A stretch of DNA of 64,000 nt, from positions 3,286,001-3,350,000 of the forward strand of contig NC_043019.1 in NCBI RefSeq assembly GCF_006345805.1, read 5' to 3'. The position numbers were made by a program, and so were the translations under genes. Positions 48,960 through 61,436 of this stretch are shown here, piece by piece (within the stretch, counting starts at the first letter, position 1; each line of letters opens with the position of its first letter). The notes beneath the pieces are model-generated. The model was not told the origin of the DNA. It searched no databases and saw only the letters and a list, made by a program, of their open reading frames with translations. The stretch comes from Octopus sinensis (Eukaryota).

Positions 48960-50162
48960 CTTTCAAATTTTGGCACCAGGCCTGCAATTTTGGGGGAAAG
49001 GTATAAGTCGATTACATCAACCCCAGTATTAAACTGGTACTTATTTTATCGACCCCGAGCATATTAAAGGCAAAGTAAATGTCGGCCGGATTTGAATTCA
49101 GAACGCTAAGAGGGATGAAATGTCGCTAAGCATTTTGTCCGGCCTGCCACCTATTCTGCCAAGCTCGCCGCCTTGTTCTGCTTGCATATTCTTTTTTATT
49201 CTAGGCACAGTGCCCGAAATTTTGGTGAAGAGGGCCCAGTCAATTAGATCGACCCCAGTGCGTAACTGGTACTTAATTTATTGATCCCGAAAGGATGTGA
49301 GGCATGGTCGACCTCGGCGGAATTTGAACTCAGAACGTAACGGCAGACGAAATACGGCTACGAATTTCGCCCGGCGTGCTAACGATTCTGCCAGCTCACC
49401 GCCTTCCAGCATGTTAATATATATTTCTTTACTACCCACAAGGGGCTAAACACAGAGAGGACAAACAAGGACAGACAAACGGATTAAGACGATTATATCG
49501 ACCCCAGTGCGTAATTGGTACTTAATTTATCGATCCCGAAAGGATGAAAGGCAAAGTCGACCGCGGTGGAACTTGAACTCAGAACGCTAAGAGGGATTAA
49601 ATACCGTTAAGCATTTTCTTCGGCCTGCTTGCTGCTATCCTATTAGCTCACCGCCTTGATCTGTCTGTATATTGAAATTAATATCCAATACTCCAGCAGA
49701 TAATGATTGCAAATATCACCCACTGAGGTGTGTTTTTCTGAAACTATACACCAAACTGGACCTATTTCTTTACTACCCTCAAGGGGCTAAACACAGAGAA
49801 GACAAACAAGGACAAACAAACGGATTAAATCGATTATATCGACCCCAGTTTGTAACTGGTGCTTAATTTATCGAACCCGAAAGGATGAAAGACAGAGTCG
49901 ACCTCGGGGGAATTTGAACTCAGAACGTAGCAGCAGACGAAATACCTCTTTCTTTACTACCCACAGGGGACTAAACACAGAGAGGACAAACAAGGACAGA
50001 TAAACGGATTAAGTCGATTATAACGACCCCAGTGCGTAACTGGTACTTATTTAATCGACGCCGAAAGGATGAAAGGCAAAGTCGAGCTCGGCGGAATTTG
50101 AACTCAGAACGTAGCGGCAGACGAAATAACTTATTCTTTACCACCGACAAGGGGCTAAACAC
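48960..50162 (-). mobile_element. Cluster of SINE-B copies (two tail-2 monomers, a tail-1 monomer, a tail-1 multimer)
   Basis: Cores at ~49050-49110, 49280-49340, 49530-49590, 49875-49930 and 50060-50120. Multimer junctions at ~49945 and ~50130. Confidence 0.85.
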
Positions 50163-50183
50163 CGGTGGTGGTGGTGGTGGTGT

Positions 50184-50765
50184 AGATGTTTGTGGCAGAG
50201 TTGTCCGTAGTAGTAGTAGTAGTGGTTGACTGTGAAGCTGTCGTCTGGGTTCTTCCAATTTTTTCGTGTGTCGGTGGCGGCGGTGGAGTTGGCGTCCATG
50301 CTCACACCTGCACCTGTGTTGCTTCTCCCCTTTTTCCCCTCCCTCGTGAAGCTGTGGTGAAGGCAGTGTAAGGAAATCAACGTCGTAAGCGTTGCCAAGG
50401 AGACCAGCGTTCTTTTCGACAACGACTTCATGTCTTGAAGTCGCCATCGTCAAAATAAAAAATGGCTAAAAAAGGCGAAAACAGGTACACAAGAAACGGG
50501 AAAACCGCCACACAGGGCAGGTTTCCCGTGCAAACAATTTGTACAACCGAATGAATTAGTTGTTGCACAACTTTTACATACGAAATATTTTTCAATAATA
50601 ACTTTTAAACGCCAAAAAAAACGGCCAACTTACACGGAGTCGATGTGACTAGTATAACACAAATATTTTGCGAAAAATTCAATGGCGCGCGCGCACACAC
50701 TTTCAAAGCCTTTATTATGATGAATACAAAAATATTTCTGGATGGTAGAGCTAAACAGTGATAAG
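50184..50765 (-). repeat. ~580-bp segment duplicated at 51363-51928; possible DNA-transposon left end with ATG
   Basis: Collinear copies ~1.17 kb apart, each with gacgATGG..MATS(R/S)HEVVV.KNAGLL.NAYDVDFLTLPSPQ. Confidence 0.75.
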
Positions 50766-51176
50766 GGATCCTTCCGGTTTGACCGGAAGTTTTTTAAAAT
50801 GATTTCCACGTAACTAAACACTTTTAAACTTCGTATACTGGTAGAATGTGTTTATAAAACATCTTTTTCTCTTGGCTTTATTGAGAAAATTCTATGGTTA
50901 GTAAGATATTTGTTGTTTTTTTTTTCTTCAATTTCTGCAATTTCAACCAATCAATGACGTCTATTGAGGTGAAAACAGTCTGTTCAAGAAACAGATTAGG
51001 CTTATTTACATTTCTGAAGAAAAAAAGATACCCTTCCCCGCGCCCCCACCCCTAACCCTAACTAACCTTAACCCTAAAACAGATTGAAATGCAATAGATC
51101 GATACTAGGGTCATAATTATGGGTGACAATTTCATGACACCGCTAGAAAAAACTGCCGTTCAAAACGAAAAGATCC
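50766..51176. mobile_element. MITE with 30-bp TIRs and internal CCCTAA repeats
   Basis: 50766-50795 vs reverse complement of 51147-51176: 25/30. Another left TIR lies at ~51962. Confidence 0.7.
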
Positions 51177-51217
51177 TGTTGCTGTTGTTTTTGCTGTTGT
51201 TTTTGCTGTTGTTTTTG

Positions 51218-51249
<32 letters not shown>

Positions 51250-51362
51250 GGTGGTGGTGTTGGCAGTGGTGGTGGCAGTGGCAGTGGTGGTGGTGGCAGT
51301 GGTGGTGGTGGCGGCGGTGGTGGTGGTGTTGGTGGTGGAGGTGGCGGTGGCGGTGGCGGTGG

Positions 51363-51928
51363 TGATGTTTGTGGCAGAGTTGTCCGTAGTAGTAGTAGTA
51401 GTATTTGTCTGTGAAGCCGTCGTCTGGGTTCTTCCAATTTTTTCGTGTGTCGGCGGCGTCGGCGTTGGCGTTCAATGCACCTGTGTTGCTTCTCCCCTTC
51501 CCCCACCTCGTGAACCTGTGGTGAAGGCAGTGTAAGGAAATCAACGTCGTAAGCGTTGTCAAGGAGACCGGCGTTCTTTGCGACGACGACTTCATGACTT
51601 GAAGTCGCCATCGTCAAAATAAAAAATGGCTAAAAAAGGCGAAAACAGGTACACAAGAAACGGGAAAACCGCCACACAGGGCAGGTTTCCCGTGCAAACA
51701 ATTTGTACAACCGAATGAATTAGTTGTTGCACAACTTTTACATACGAAATATTTTTCAATAATAACTTTTAAACGCCAAAAAAACGGCCAACTTACACAG
51801 GGTCGATGTGACTAATATAACACAAATATTCTGCGAAAAACACACCATGCGCGCGCGAGCGCATTTTCAAAATCTGTAGTGTGATGAATACAGAAATATT
51901 TCTAGATGGTAGAGCTAAGCAGTGATGA
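51363..51928 (-). repeat. Second copy of the 50184-50765 segment
   Basis: Direct alignment by eye. Confidence 0.8.
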
Positions 51929-51985
51929 GCATAAAAACATGGTTATTACCAGTTCAAATTTGGGATCTTTTCGGTTTGAACGGCA

Positions 51986-52458
51986 TTTATTTAATTTATC
52001 GACCCCGGAAGGATGAAAGGCAAAGTCGACCTCGGCGGAATTTGAACTCAGAACGTAACGGCAGACGAAATACCTATTTCTTTACTACCCACAAGGGGGC
52101 TAAACAAAGAGAGGACAAACAAGGACAGACAAACGGATTAAGTCGATTATATTGACCCTAGTGCGTAACTGGTACTTATTTAATCGACCCCGAAAGGATG
52201 AAAGGCAAAGTCGACCTCGGCGGAATTTGAACTCAGAACGTAACGGCAGACGAAATACTGCTAAGCATTTCGCCCGGCGTGCTAACGTTTCTGCCAGCTC
52301 GCCGCCTTCACTATAGTTACCTATTTCTTTATTACCCACGGGGGGCTAAACACAGAGGGGACAAACAAGGACAGACATAGGTATTAAGTCGATTACATCG
52401 ACCCCAGTGCGTAACTGGTACTTAATTTATCGACCCCGAAAGGATGAAAGGCAAAGTA
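51986..52458 (-). mobile_element. SINE-B multimer plus truncated monomer
   Basis: Junction at ~52070, head at 52250-52310, further unit at 52320-52458. Confidence 0.85.
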
Positions 52459-52828
52459 TGCTTGTACGTATGCTTGTATACAATACACCCGTGAGCGGGC
52501 GCACAGACACACACACTCACACACACATATACACAAATGCAAGGGGTGTAATACATTGCGCTAACTTTGAGAGAGTTACTTCCCTTGTAAGCTGCGAAGC
52601 TTTGCTGACTTTAGTTCACATAACGTCGTGATTAGCCATATTGAACATTTCCGTTTATACAGAGCAGAGTGCATCAAATTCGAGAAACATGAAAGTTAAA
52701 CTCACTTAATTTTTAAGGATAGTGTGTGTTGGTACACACGCATACACACACGCATACATACATACATACATACATACATACATACATACATACATACATA
52801 CATACATACATACATACATACAATACAT

Positions 52829-53380
52829 GATGAATGCCTCCTCGTTATCGAGTATGGCCATTGCACGAAGCTTAACTGTTGCTGGTGCTGTGATCGAATG
52901 TGACTTTTTAGCCCAGCTAAAAATCTACAATGCCTGGTACAGAATTGGCAGCAAAAACCTTTACCGGTAATAGCCGGCTGTAGTTGTAACTGGGCTTCAT
53001 GTACCTTTGCATGTCGTTTAAGTCCTGCCGAATTACACTCTTTTCCAAATGCCTGACATATATGATTAGTATGGTGTGTTACACCACCACCAGTGGCCAG
53101 GTTGTCACTCATCTGTCTCGCTTTATGACTACGAAGATGACTCTTGAGTCCAGCTTTACTGAGGCAGGGTCTTGCACAGACATTGCATGTCAGCATTAAA
53201 GGAAGACCCTTCCCTTCTGGAAGTGTAACAGCGATGCCCTTCCTGACATCCCTCCTTACTTTCTCATGCGCAACTCGAGATTTCTCAAAAGTAGCTGTCC
53301 CCTCGTGCACAATCCTTCTCCGCCTGCTTCGATCAATAGCTATGCCCTCCCATGTGCAAACATCTCTTAAGGAAACCTTA
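52829..53380 (-). mobile_element. RTE-type LINE 3' end with three C2H2-like fingers and (ATGT)n tail
   Basis: WEGIAIDRSRRRRIVHEG..CNVCARPCLSKAGLKSHLRSH..CQAFGKECNSAGLKRHAKVH..CQFCTRHCRFLAGLKSHIRSQH. Confidence 0.75.
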
Positions 53381-53430
53381 ATACATACATACATACATAC
53401 ATACATACATACATACATACATACATACAT

Positions 53431-53964
53431 GATGGCTGCTTCCTCGTTATCGAGTATTGCCATTGCACGAAGCTTAATCAATGCTGTTATCGTGCAATTC
53501 CTGTGCAAGAAGATTTTTTTAAAGTGAGGAAAGGCTGTACACTGAGTCAATCCCACTCACTATGCAACAGCAGCCATAATCCGAAAAGAAGAACAAGTCA
53601 ACATCATCGGTAACCACTGAGCCGCAGGTTTTATTTCGGAGTTATCCCAGTTACCTGAGTTACCTTCTCCTAGAAGGATGCCCTAACAAAGGCTTGGCGT
53701 CCTTCACTCCCAATGGTTTAACCGCGCGATCGGGTATTCAGTCCGATTATTTCTATGTCCCCGCGCATGATACAGCCCTAAGACATTTATTGGATGGCCG
53801 TTGACTCTTAAGAGTTCCTCTGCCCTTTGACCGGTTTTGTTTTTCATCCCGCAGGGTGTCCAATAAACACCCTCCTCACCAAGCAAGCTTGGTGGGGTTG
53901 CCGGTTTAGTCGCCGACGACCCGACCATGCAACAGGTTGTACTGGGTTACATGTTACCAGTAGC
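53431..53964 (-). mobile_element. Probable non-autonomous bipartite RTE derivative between (ATGT)n tracts
   Basis: Its 3' 56 bp match the 3' end of 52829-53380 (48/56). The 5' part is structured and contains CTAGGAGAAGG, recalled from RTE 5' UTRs. No ORF. Confidence 0.5.
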
Positions 53965-54062
53965 ATACATACATACATACATACATACATACATACATAC
54001 ATACATACATACATACATACATACATACATACATACATACATACATACATACATACATACAT

Positions 54063-54208
54063 ACGATGGGCTTGTTTCAGTTTCCGCCTTCCAAATCCAC
54101 TCACAAGGCTTTGGTCGGCCCGAGGCTATAGTAGACCATTTGCCCAAGGTGGGACTGAACCCGGAACTATGTGGTTGGGAAAGAAGCTTCTTACCACAGA
54201 GCCACACC
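54063..54208 (-). mobile_element. SINE family A head/core
   Basis: Matches the other A copies. Confidence 0.8.
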
Positions 54209-54419
54209 TTGTAAGCTATCTTGAAATAAAACTTATTAGCGGGTTTGTAAAGGAAAGCCTCATGTTTTATTCACCAACTTTTAAATCTTAATAAGGTTTC
54301 ATGCACCCAGATATAGAGATTATTTTTTTAAAGACTTGCGTTCTCTCCCCAAGTACCCAAGTCCAGTCGTATCTTGCTCCAAATGGTATGGTACGTATCC
54401 TGTTGCTCCAAGTATGAAG

Positions 54420-54732
54420 TATGAAGTGGAGGCACATGGCCTAGTGGTTAGAGCATCGGACTCGCAGTCGAGGGATCGCGGGTTCGAATCTCAGACCGGG
54501 CCATGTATATGTTTCTGAGCGAAACACCTAAGCTCCACGTGGCTCCGGCAGAAGGTAATGGCGAAACGTCTGCTGATTCTTTCGCCACAACTTTCTCTCA
54601 CTCTTTCCTCCTGCATCTTGCAGCTCACCTGCGACGGACCGGCGTCCCGTCCAGGTGGGGAATCTACACGCCAAGGAAACCGGGAAACCAGCCCTTATGA
54701 ACCAGACTTGGCTCGAGAAGGAACAGACATAC
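54420..54732 (+). mobile_element. SINE family C variant with third tail type, 11-bp TSD
   Basis: Head GGCCTAGTGGTTAGAGC..GGTTCGAATCTC. CAAGTATGAAG occurs on both flanks (~54409 and ~54733). Confidence 0.8.
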
Positions 54733-54885
54733 AAGTATGAAGCTAAAAGTGTATCTTTAGTACTGGATTTGCAAACTCCTTATCAATAGTCCATAGACGT
54801 CCTCTTTCTCTGTCTAACCTCAACAGACATACTTTCTTTTTGTGCATGTGCGTGTGTGTGGTATCACACAATATCTGGCCAGTTG

Positions 54886-54984
54886 NNNNNNNNNNNNNNN
54901 NNNNNNNNNNNNNNNNNNNNNNNNNNNNNNNNNNNNNNNNNNNNNNNNNNNNNNNNNNNNNNNNNNNNNNNNNNNNNNNNNNNN
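54886..54984. other. Assembly gap (99 N)
   Basis: Run of N. Confidence 0.99.
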
Positions 54985-55194
54985 NTGAAAAAAAAAAAGG
55001 TAAAAATTAGGGCAATGGTAAACGGTTCGATTTTTGGCCAATTCTTTGCAGATTCCTATTCCCCGTAGCCGAAAAGTGGGTTTGTGTCGAAAAAAAAGAA
55101 AAAAAAAATTCTAAAAGGTTGGTTGTCCGGTGGTGGTGGTGTGGGGGGGGGAGTCTTGCACGCGCTTTAACGATTTTGCGGGATCATCACCTTG

Positions 55195-55385
55195 TAACAG
55201 GCCCGAAATTTAGGGGTAAGGGGCCAGTCGATTAGATCGACACCAGTGTGTAATTGGTACTTATTTAATCGACCCCGAAAGGATTAAAGGCAAAGTCGAC
55301 CTCGGCGGAATTTGAACTCAGAAGGTAACGGCAGACGAAATACCACTAAGCACTTCGCCCAGCGTGCTAACGTTTCTGGCGGCCC
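55195..55385 (-). mobile_element. SINE-B, tail 2
   Basis: Core and head match 49200-49405. Confidence 0.8.
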
Positions 55386-55449
55386 CGCTGTCTTAGACGG
55401 CAGAATAACAAAAACAAAAAATAATATATATACAAAAACACATACGCAC

Positions 55450-55485
<36 letters not shown>

Positions 55486-56276
55486 CAGGGTAAATGTTTT
55501 TTAATTTTCTCCTGGTTTACGGAATTGATGTTATTTTGCGGTTGAAGCTTTTTGGCTGTTATTTCTAGTGGGTAATGGCCTATTATGGCCGTTCCTTGAT
55601 TGTGATGTTGAACTTAAAAATGGTCTATGACTATTTAATTTTTTCCACTAGGCCGCTGGTGGCAAAAAATTCTACAAAAAATATATATATATATATATAT
55701 ATATGTATTTATAAACACATATACACAAATATATACGTGCACACAAATATATATACACATACATACACACATAAAACAACACACACACATATATATATAT
55801 ATAATATATATACAAAAACACATATACACACATATACGTTCACACATACATACATACATACATACTACATACATACATACATACATAACCACATGCATGT
55901 GGAAGAATAACAAAAAAAAAAGAAAAGAAAAAACAGAAAAAACCCCCCCAGAAAAGGCTAAGTCGACTTTGCCGAGAAGCGAACTCGGTAATTTTTAACG
56001 AATACGAAAGCGGAAGTCGCCTAGCAAGGAAACGCAACTCCGCTTTTGCTTGTCCTTCACATGTTTTGGTGTTTAGACAGAAATTAGCAGGAGTTTGGTT
56101 GATATGACTTCCACATCCCAACAGCTTCAATCCCTCCACCAACACCACCACCACCAGTAAGTACAACACTCTCTCTTCTATTATTATTATTATTTTTCTA
56201 TAGAGGCCCACTTTTCATTTATTTCAGTATTTCCTACTGAACTCATTATATATATATATATACACAAGTCTCTTTA

Positions 56277-56320
<44 letters not shown>

Positions 56321-56463
56321 CATATATATACTGTTGTATCTGGAGAGAGTCATTTTCTTTTTTTTGCCTCTCCCCAGACACGACAGAATATGCTTCAACA
56401 CACGAACTCACATAAAGAATCTTGCAAACCAAATCCCAAAACGAAATATATATATATACATAC

Positions 56464-56502
<39 letters not shown>

Positions 56503-57200
56503 TGATAAAAACAGGAAAAACAGAATCAAATACGAGTATATATATATATTATATATATATATTATATATATTACTATATATATATTTATTAACATTTAGC
56601 AGTTTGGTAAGGGCCAACGCACGAAGCTCCCGGCCCTTGTTTACCTCGTTGCTTCTGCTAAATATTAATAAGTATATATATACATATATATATTATATAT
56701 ATATATATATATACACACACATTCTAATGTAATACAGTACGCGCGCGCGCACATTATGTAATTACTTTCATTCTACGAAAAACATGTTTACGTATCAATC
56801 TCCATGACTATGATCAATATCCTTCCTGCTGTGACCATCCCGTCTTATTTTCAGACAGCATAATAGATAGTTAGGTCTAACAAACAGATAATGATCCTTC
56901 CTCTATCGTAACCCCTTGTTTTAAAAAAATGATGCAACATATATGTGTATATATATATATAATATATATGATTATATGACGGGAGATTTGACTGCTGTTT
57001 CTAGCTGTTTTGAACAACCACATACAAGCCTCCAATTTACGTGTTTATATATGCTTACATGCATATATATGTGTGTGTGTGTGTGTTTACTGGTAATTAA
57101 GATAGTGTTTTTATCGCCTCTGCTGTTTAGATCAGAACACAAACACCTGCTTATAACTACGTGTTACCAAAAAGGACGATCGGATATGTGTATATGTATG

Positions 57201-57240
<40 letters not shown>

Positions 57241-57500
57241 TGTGTATGTTTATATGTGTGAATTATCTTCAAGTATTTTGGTTTCTTCGGGAGACCTCCT
57301 TTTTAAGTAGAACAAATAGCTAAGGTTTTTTGACTGCTATTTCTAAACTTCGGTATGTGGTGAAGCAAATCTTTGCTGAACCCTTTTTATTAGTATTACT
57401 TAAACTTACCGTGAAATGGTCCTCTTTTCATACCGAATTCTACTTGGTGAAATTATTAATTACTTCTTAATTAATTAACTTTACCCTTCGTTATCATCAT

Positions 57501-57531
<31 letters not shown>

Positions 57532-58091
57532 ATGTAGGATAAAATTTGGCGAAACAAATTCTATCAATGGTCAGCATATTAAAAAATACCTTCAAAGGTA
57601 TTTAACCTTTAAAGGTATATATAAATATAATCTGTGTGTGTGTGTATGTATGTATGTATATAATAGTTTGCAAACAGTTCTTAAGTCTTCGACCTTTGTA
57701 TATATATATATATATATTCAGTTCCGCAAAGGTACAAATAATGGTAAAATTGCATGTGTAACGACGTATGTGTTTTGTTTTGAATGCAAATGTTCCATAA
57801 TTTTATTTCATCCTCTGTCACATACATACATACATACATATATGACCATCACTCCTGGTTCCCTTCAGAATCCATTTATCCATTCTCTGCTGCAGTCTTT
57901 GGGACGTTTTTTTTTACAATAACGTGGAATGTCATCTGACTGTTTGCTCTACGACAATTCTTTAGTGATTGCGAAGTGAAATAGACAAAGACTTGTGTGT
58001 GTATATGTGTGTGTGTGTGTATGTATATGTGTGTGTGTGTATGTATATATGTGTGAACGTATATAGGTGTGTATATGTGTTTTTGTATATA

Positions 58092-58139
<48 letters not shown>

Positions 58140-58644
58140 TGTTGTTTTATATGTGTATGTATATATATATATATATATATTTGTGTGCACGTATATATGT
58201 GTGTATATGTTTATATATATATATATATATGTGTGTGTGTTGTTGTTTTATGTGTGTATGCATGTATATATATTTGTGTGCACGTATATGTATGTATATG
58301 TGTTTATATATATATATCTGTGTGTGTGTGTGTGTGTTGTTGTTTTATGTGTGTATGTATGTATGTATATATATATTTGTGTGCACGTATATATGTGTGT
58401 ATATGTGTTTATATATATATTATATATATATGTGTGTGTATGTATATATATATGTTTGTGTGTGTGTGTAAAGCTTCGGTGCTTACTTGGGGTTTTATGT
58501 GTGTCTGTATGGCGATTGTTTAGGCTGCCTTGGAGTTAGAATTCCTCGAGCAACCGAGTGAATCATCAGCTTTGCACACACAAAATAAACTTTGCTACGT
58601 CCAATGCATTGCAGCATTCAATGTCTCTTTTTTGTATTTCCAAG

Positions 58645-58932
58645 CGTGTATGTATGTATGTATGTATGTATGTGTGTATGTGTGTATGTATGTATGTATG
58701 TATGTATGTATGTGTGTGTGTGTGTGTATGTATATGTGTGTGTTTGTATGTATGTATGTATGTATGTGTGTGTGTGTGTATGTGTGTGTGTATGTATGTA
58801 TGTATGTATGTATGTATGTGTGTATGTATGTATGTATGTATGTGTGTGTGTATGTATGTATGTATGTATGTGTGTGTGTGTGTATGTGTGTGTGTATGTA
58901 TATGTGTGTGTGTGTATGTATGTATGTATGTA

Positions 58933-58963
<31 letters not shown>

Positions 58964-59090
58964 GTATGTATGTATGTATGTATGTATGTATGTATGTGTG
59001 TGTGTGTATGTATGTATGTATGTATGTATGTGTGTGTGTGTATGTGTGTGTGTGTATGTGTGTGTGTGTATGTATGTATGTATGTATGTA

Positions 59091-59123
<33 letters not shown>

Positions 59124-59270
59124 GTATGTATGTATGTGTGTATGTATGTATGTATGTATGTGTGTATGTATGTATGTATGTATGTGTGTGTGTGTGTATG
59201 TGTGTGTGTGTGTATGTATATGTGTGTGTTTGTATGTATGTATCCATCCATCCATCCATCCATCCATATA
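58645..59270. repeat. (TATG)n/(TG)n compound microsatellite
   Basis: Direct inspection. Confidence 0.95.
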
Positions 59271-59308
59271 GATAGATAGATATGTACATATGCATGTTTA
59301 TGCAGCAC

Positions 59309-59361
<53 letters not shown>

Positions 59362-59432
59362 GTATGTATGTAAACATGAATGGAGAGAGAGAGAGAGAGA
59401 AAGAATATAGGAAATAATGTTTTATGTATTGG

Positions 59433-59595
59433 TAGCTAGTCGTGACTAGTCGATCCTTACTCTGCGCTTTTGTTTTATTTACATTGTTTAAAAAATTTTA
59501 TTTTGTGTTTTATTTACTCTGCTAGGTAGTCGTTGTATGATCGACTAGTTACGACTAGCTAGCGCGGATGCGCGAGTACGCAAGTGCGCGCACCT
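59433..59595. mobile_element. Small element with 23-bp inverted repeats and a downstream GC hairpin (MITE or Helentron-type)
   Basis: 59433-59455 vs reverse complement of 59539-59561: 22/23. Followed by GCGCG-GATG-CGCG. Confidence 0.45.
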
Positions 59596-59894
59596 GGACC
59601 ACTCTTCTTAAATAGTACCTATAAACATGAATGTAGAGAGAGACTATAGGAAATAATGTTTTATGTATTTTTGTTATATTGCGGTCAAGTCTTGTATTTT
59701 AATTGTATTAATTAATAATTACCAGCGAACGAATTTTTTTCTTTTTTCTTTTACATTAACGAACGACAAAAAATAATTTAATCCTTCCATCATGGATACC
59801 TTTTGTAGTAAGTGTCTGTCAATCTACTGTTAGTACCTTTTATTAATTAACAAAAACCAAAGGTTACCAATTAAACGTCTCCAGGCACTGAGTT

Positions 59895-60030
59895 ACGCCT
59901 TTCATCCTTTCGGGGTGGATAAATTAAGTACCAGTTGCGCACTGGGGTTGATGTAATCTACTTAACACCTTTGTCTGTCCTTGTTTATCCCATCTATGTT
60001 TAGCCCCTTGTGGGCAATAAGAAAATGAAC
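59895..60030 (+). mobile_element. SINE-B 3' half, tail 1
   Basis: GCCTTTCATCCTTTCGGGG..TTTAGCCCCTTGTGGGCAATAAGAAA. Confidence 0.8.
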
Positions 60031-60504
60031 ATCTCAGGCCCTCGTTCACTTCTTCTTCCTTATAAAAGCCGAGTCCTGTTTTTTTTTTTTTTTTCTCTCA
60101 CGCAACAAATGGAAACATAATAGTTTGGATTGCCTTTCGTCTCATCCTACAAAGAATCCAATCAATCACATTCCTAGTAATTATTGATCACCATTTTACG
60201 CTGACCTGTTTATTATGATGTCATAATGACGCTTCTTTCCTGTCAACCAAGATTTTTAACTCTTCGTGGGGACCATTCATTTGTCCTGCTCCTATATTTA
60301 TTTATTAAGTTCTTGATGTTGTTTTTAATAGGAAAACGGCGCTACAAACATGCCCTCCCACACACACACACACATACCACCGCCACCACCACCACCTTGA
60401 CCTTATTGATAAAGCTTCCATTTCTCATCGTCTGTTCTTCTTCATTTTACACCTATTTATCATTTTAATCTCCAGCTTTATCTTAAATGTTTATATAGCT
60501 GACT

Positions 60505-60694
60505 GTTTCTCTTTATCTCTCTCTTTCTCTCTCTCCCTCTTTCTCTCTCTCTCTCTCTTTTTCTCTCTCTCCCTCTTTCTCTCTCTCTCCCTCTTTCTCT
60601 CTCTCCCTCTTTCTCTCTCCCTCTCTCTCTTTCTCTCTCTCCCTCTTTCTCTCTCTCTCTCTCTCCTTGATCTCTTTTTCGTAGTAGTTCTTTA

Positions 60695-60725
<31 letters not shown>

Positions 60726-60860
60726 CCCTCTTTCTCTCTCCCTCTTTCTCTTTCTTTCTCTCTTTCCCTCTTTCTCTCTCTCTCTCTCCTTGATCTCTTT
60801 TTCATAGTAGTTCTTTATCTCTCTCTCTCTCTCTCTTTCACACACACACACACACACACA
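60505..60860. repeat. Degenerate (CT)n with an internal duplicated block
   Basis: CCTTGATCTCTTTTTC(G/A)TAGTAGTTCTTTA at ~60665 and ~60788. Confidence 0.9.
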
Positions 60861-60934
60861 CGTTCTGGCATTTCTTTCCGTACAATCGGACCTCCGTCTC
60901 CAGTTCATTGATCTCAATACGTCAATATTAGTTA

Positions 60935-60970
<36 letters not shown>

Positions 60971-61436
60971 TACGCACACACATTCAATCCCTCAACCTTC
61001 TTCTCTCTCACACGCATATCCTCCCCCCACAGCATGCAACCTCGCCATTTGGAAATTTCTCAATTCATATCTGCACAATGTACACGTCCTCCGTCACATG
61101 TCTCTTGTGACATTACAAACACAATATTATCTCTTTCATTGTCTGCTTTACTTCTTTCATGCGTAAAAATACGTAATTTCATACTTATTTGTTACGTATA
61201 CACGAGTATACCTATACATCCATACCCCCCTCACCCTCACACACACACACACACACACACATATATCATCATCATTATCTTCGTTTAACGTCCATCTTTC
61301 CTTACTGGCATGGGTTCGGTGGGCAGATTGAGTGGATCCGGCGAGTCACAACGTTACGTCAACCTGCAGTGTCTCTTCTGGCTTTGCTTCTGCTGCTGAA
61401 AGGCCTTCCCAACGCCAGCCACTATGCAGTGTGTGT

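Noticed and set aside
54800-55200. Biological continuity across the N run
   Set aside because: This is a placeholder assembly gap of unknown true size.
60061-60068. TATAAAAG promoter candidate
   Set aside because: An isolated motif is expected by chance in AT-rich DNA.
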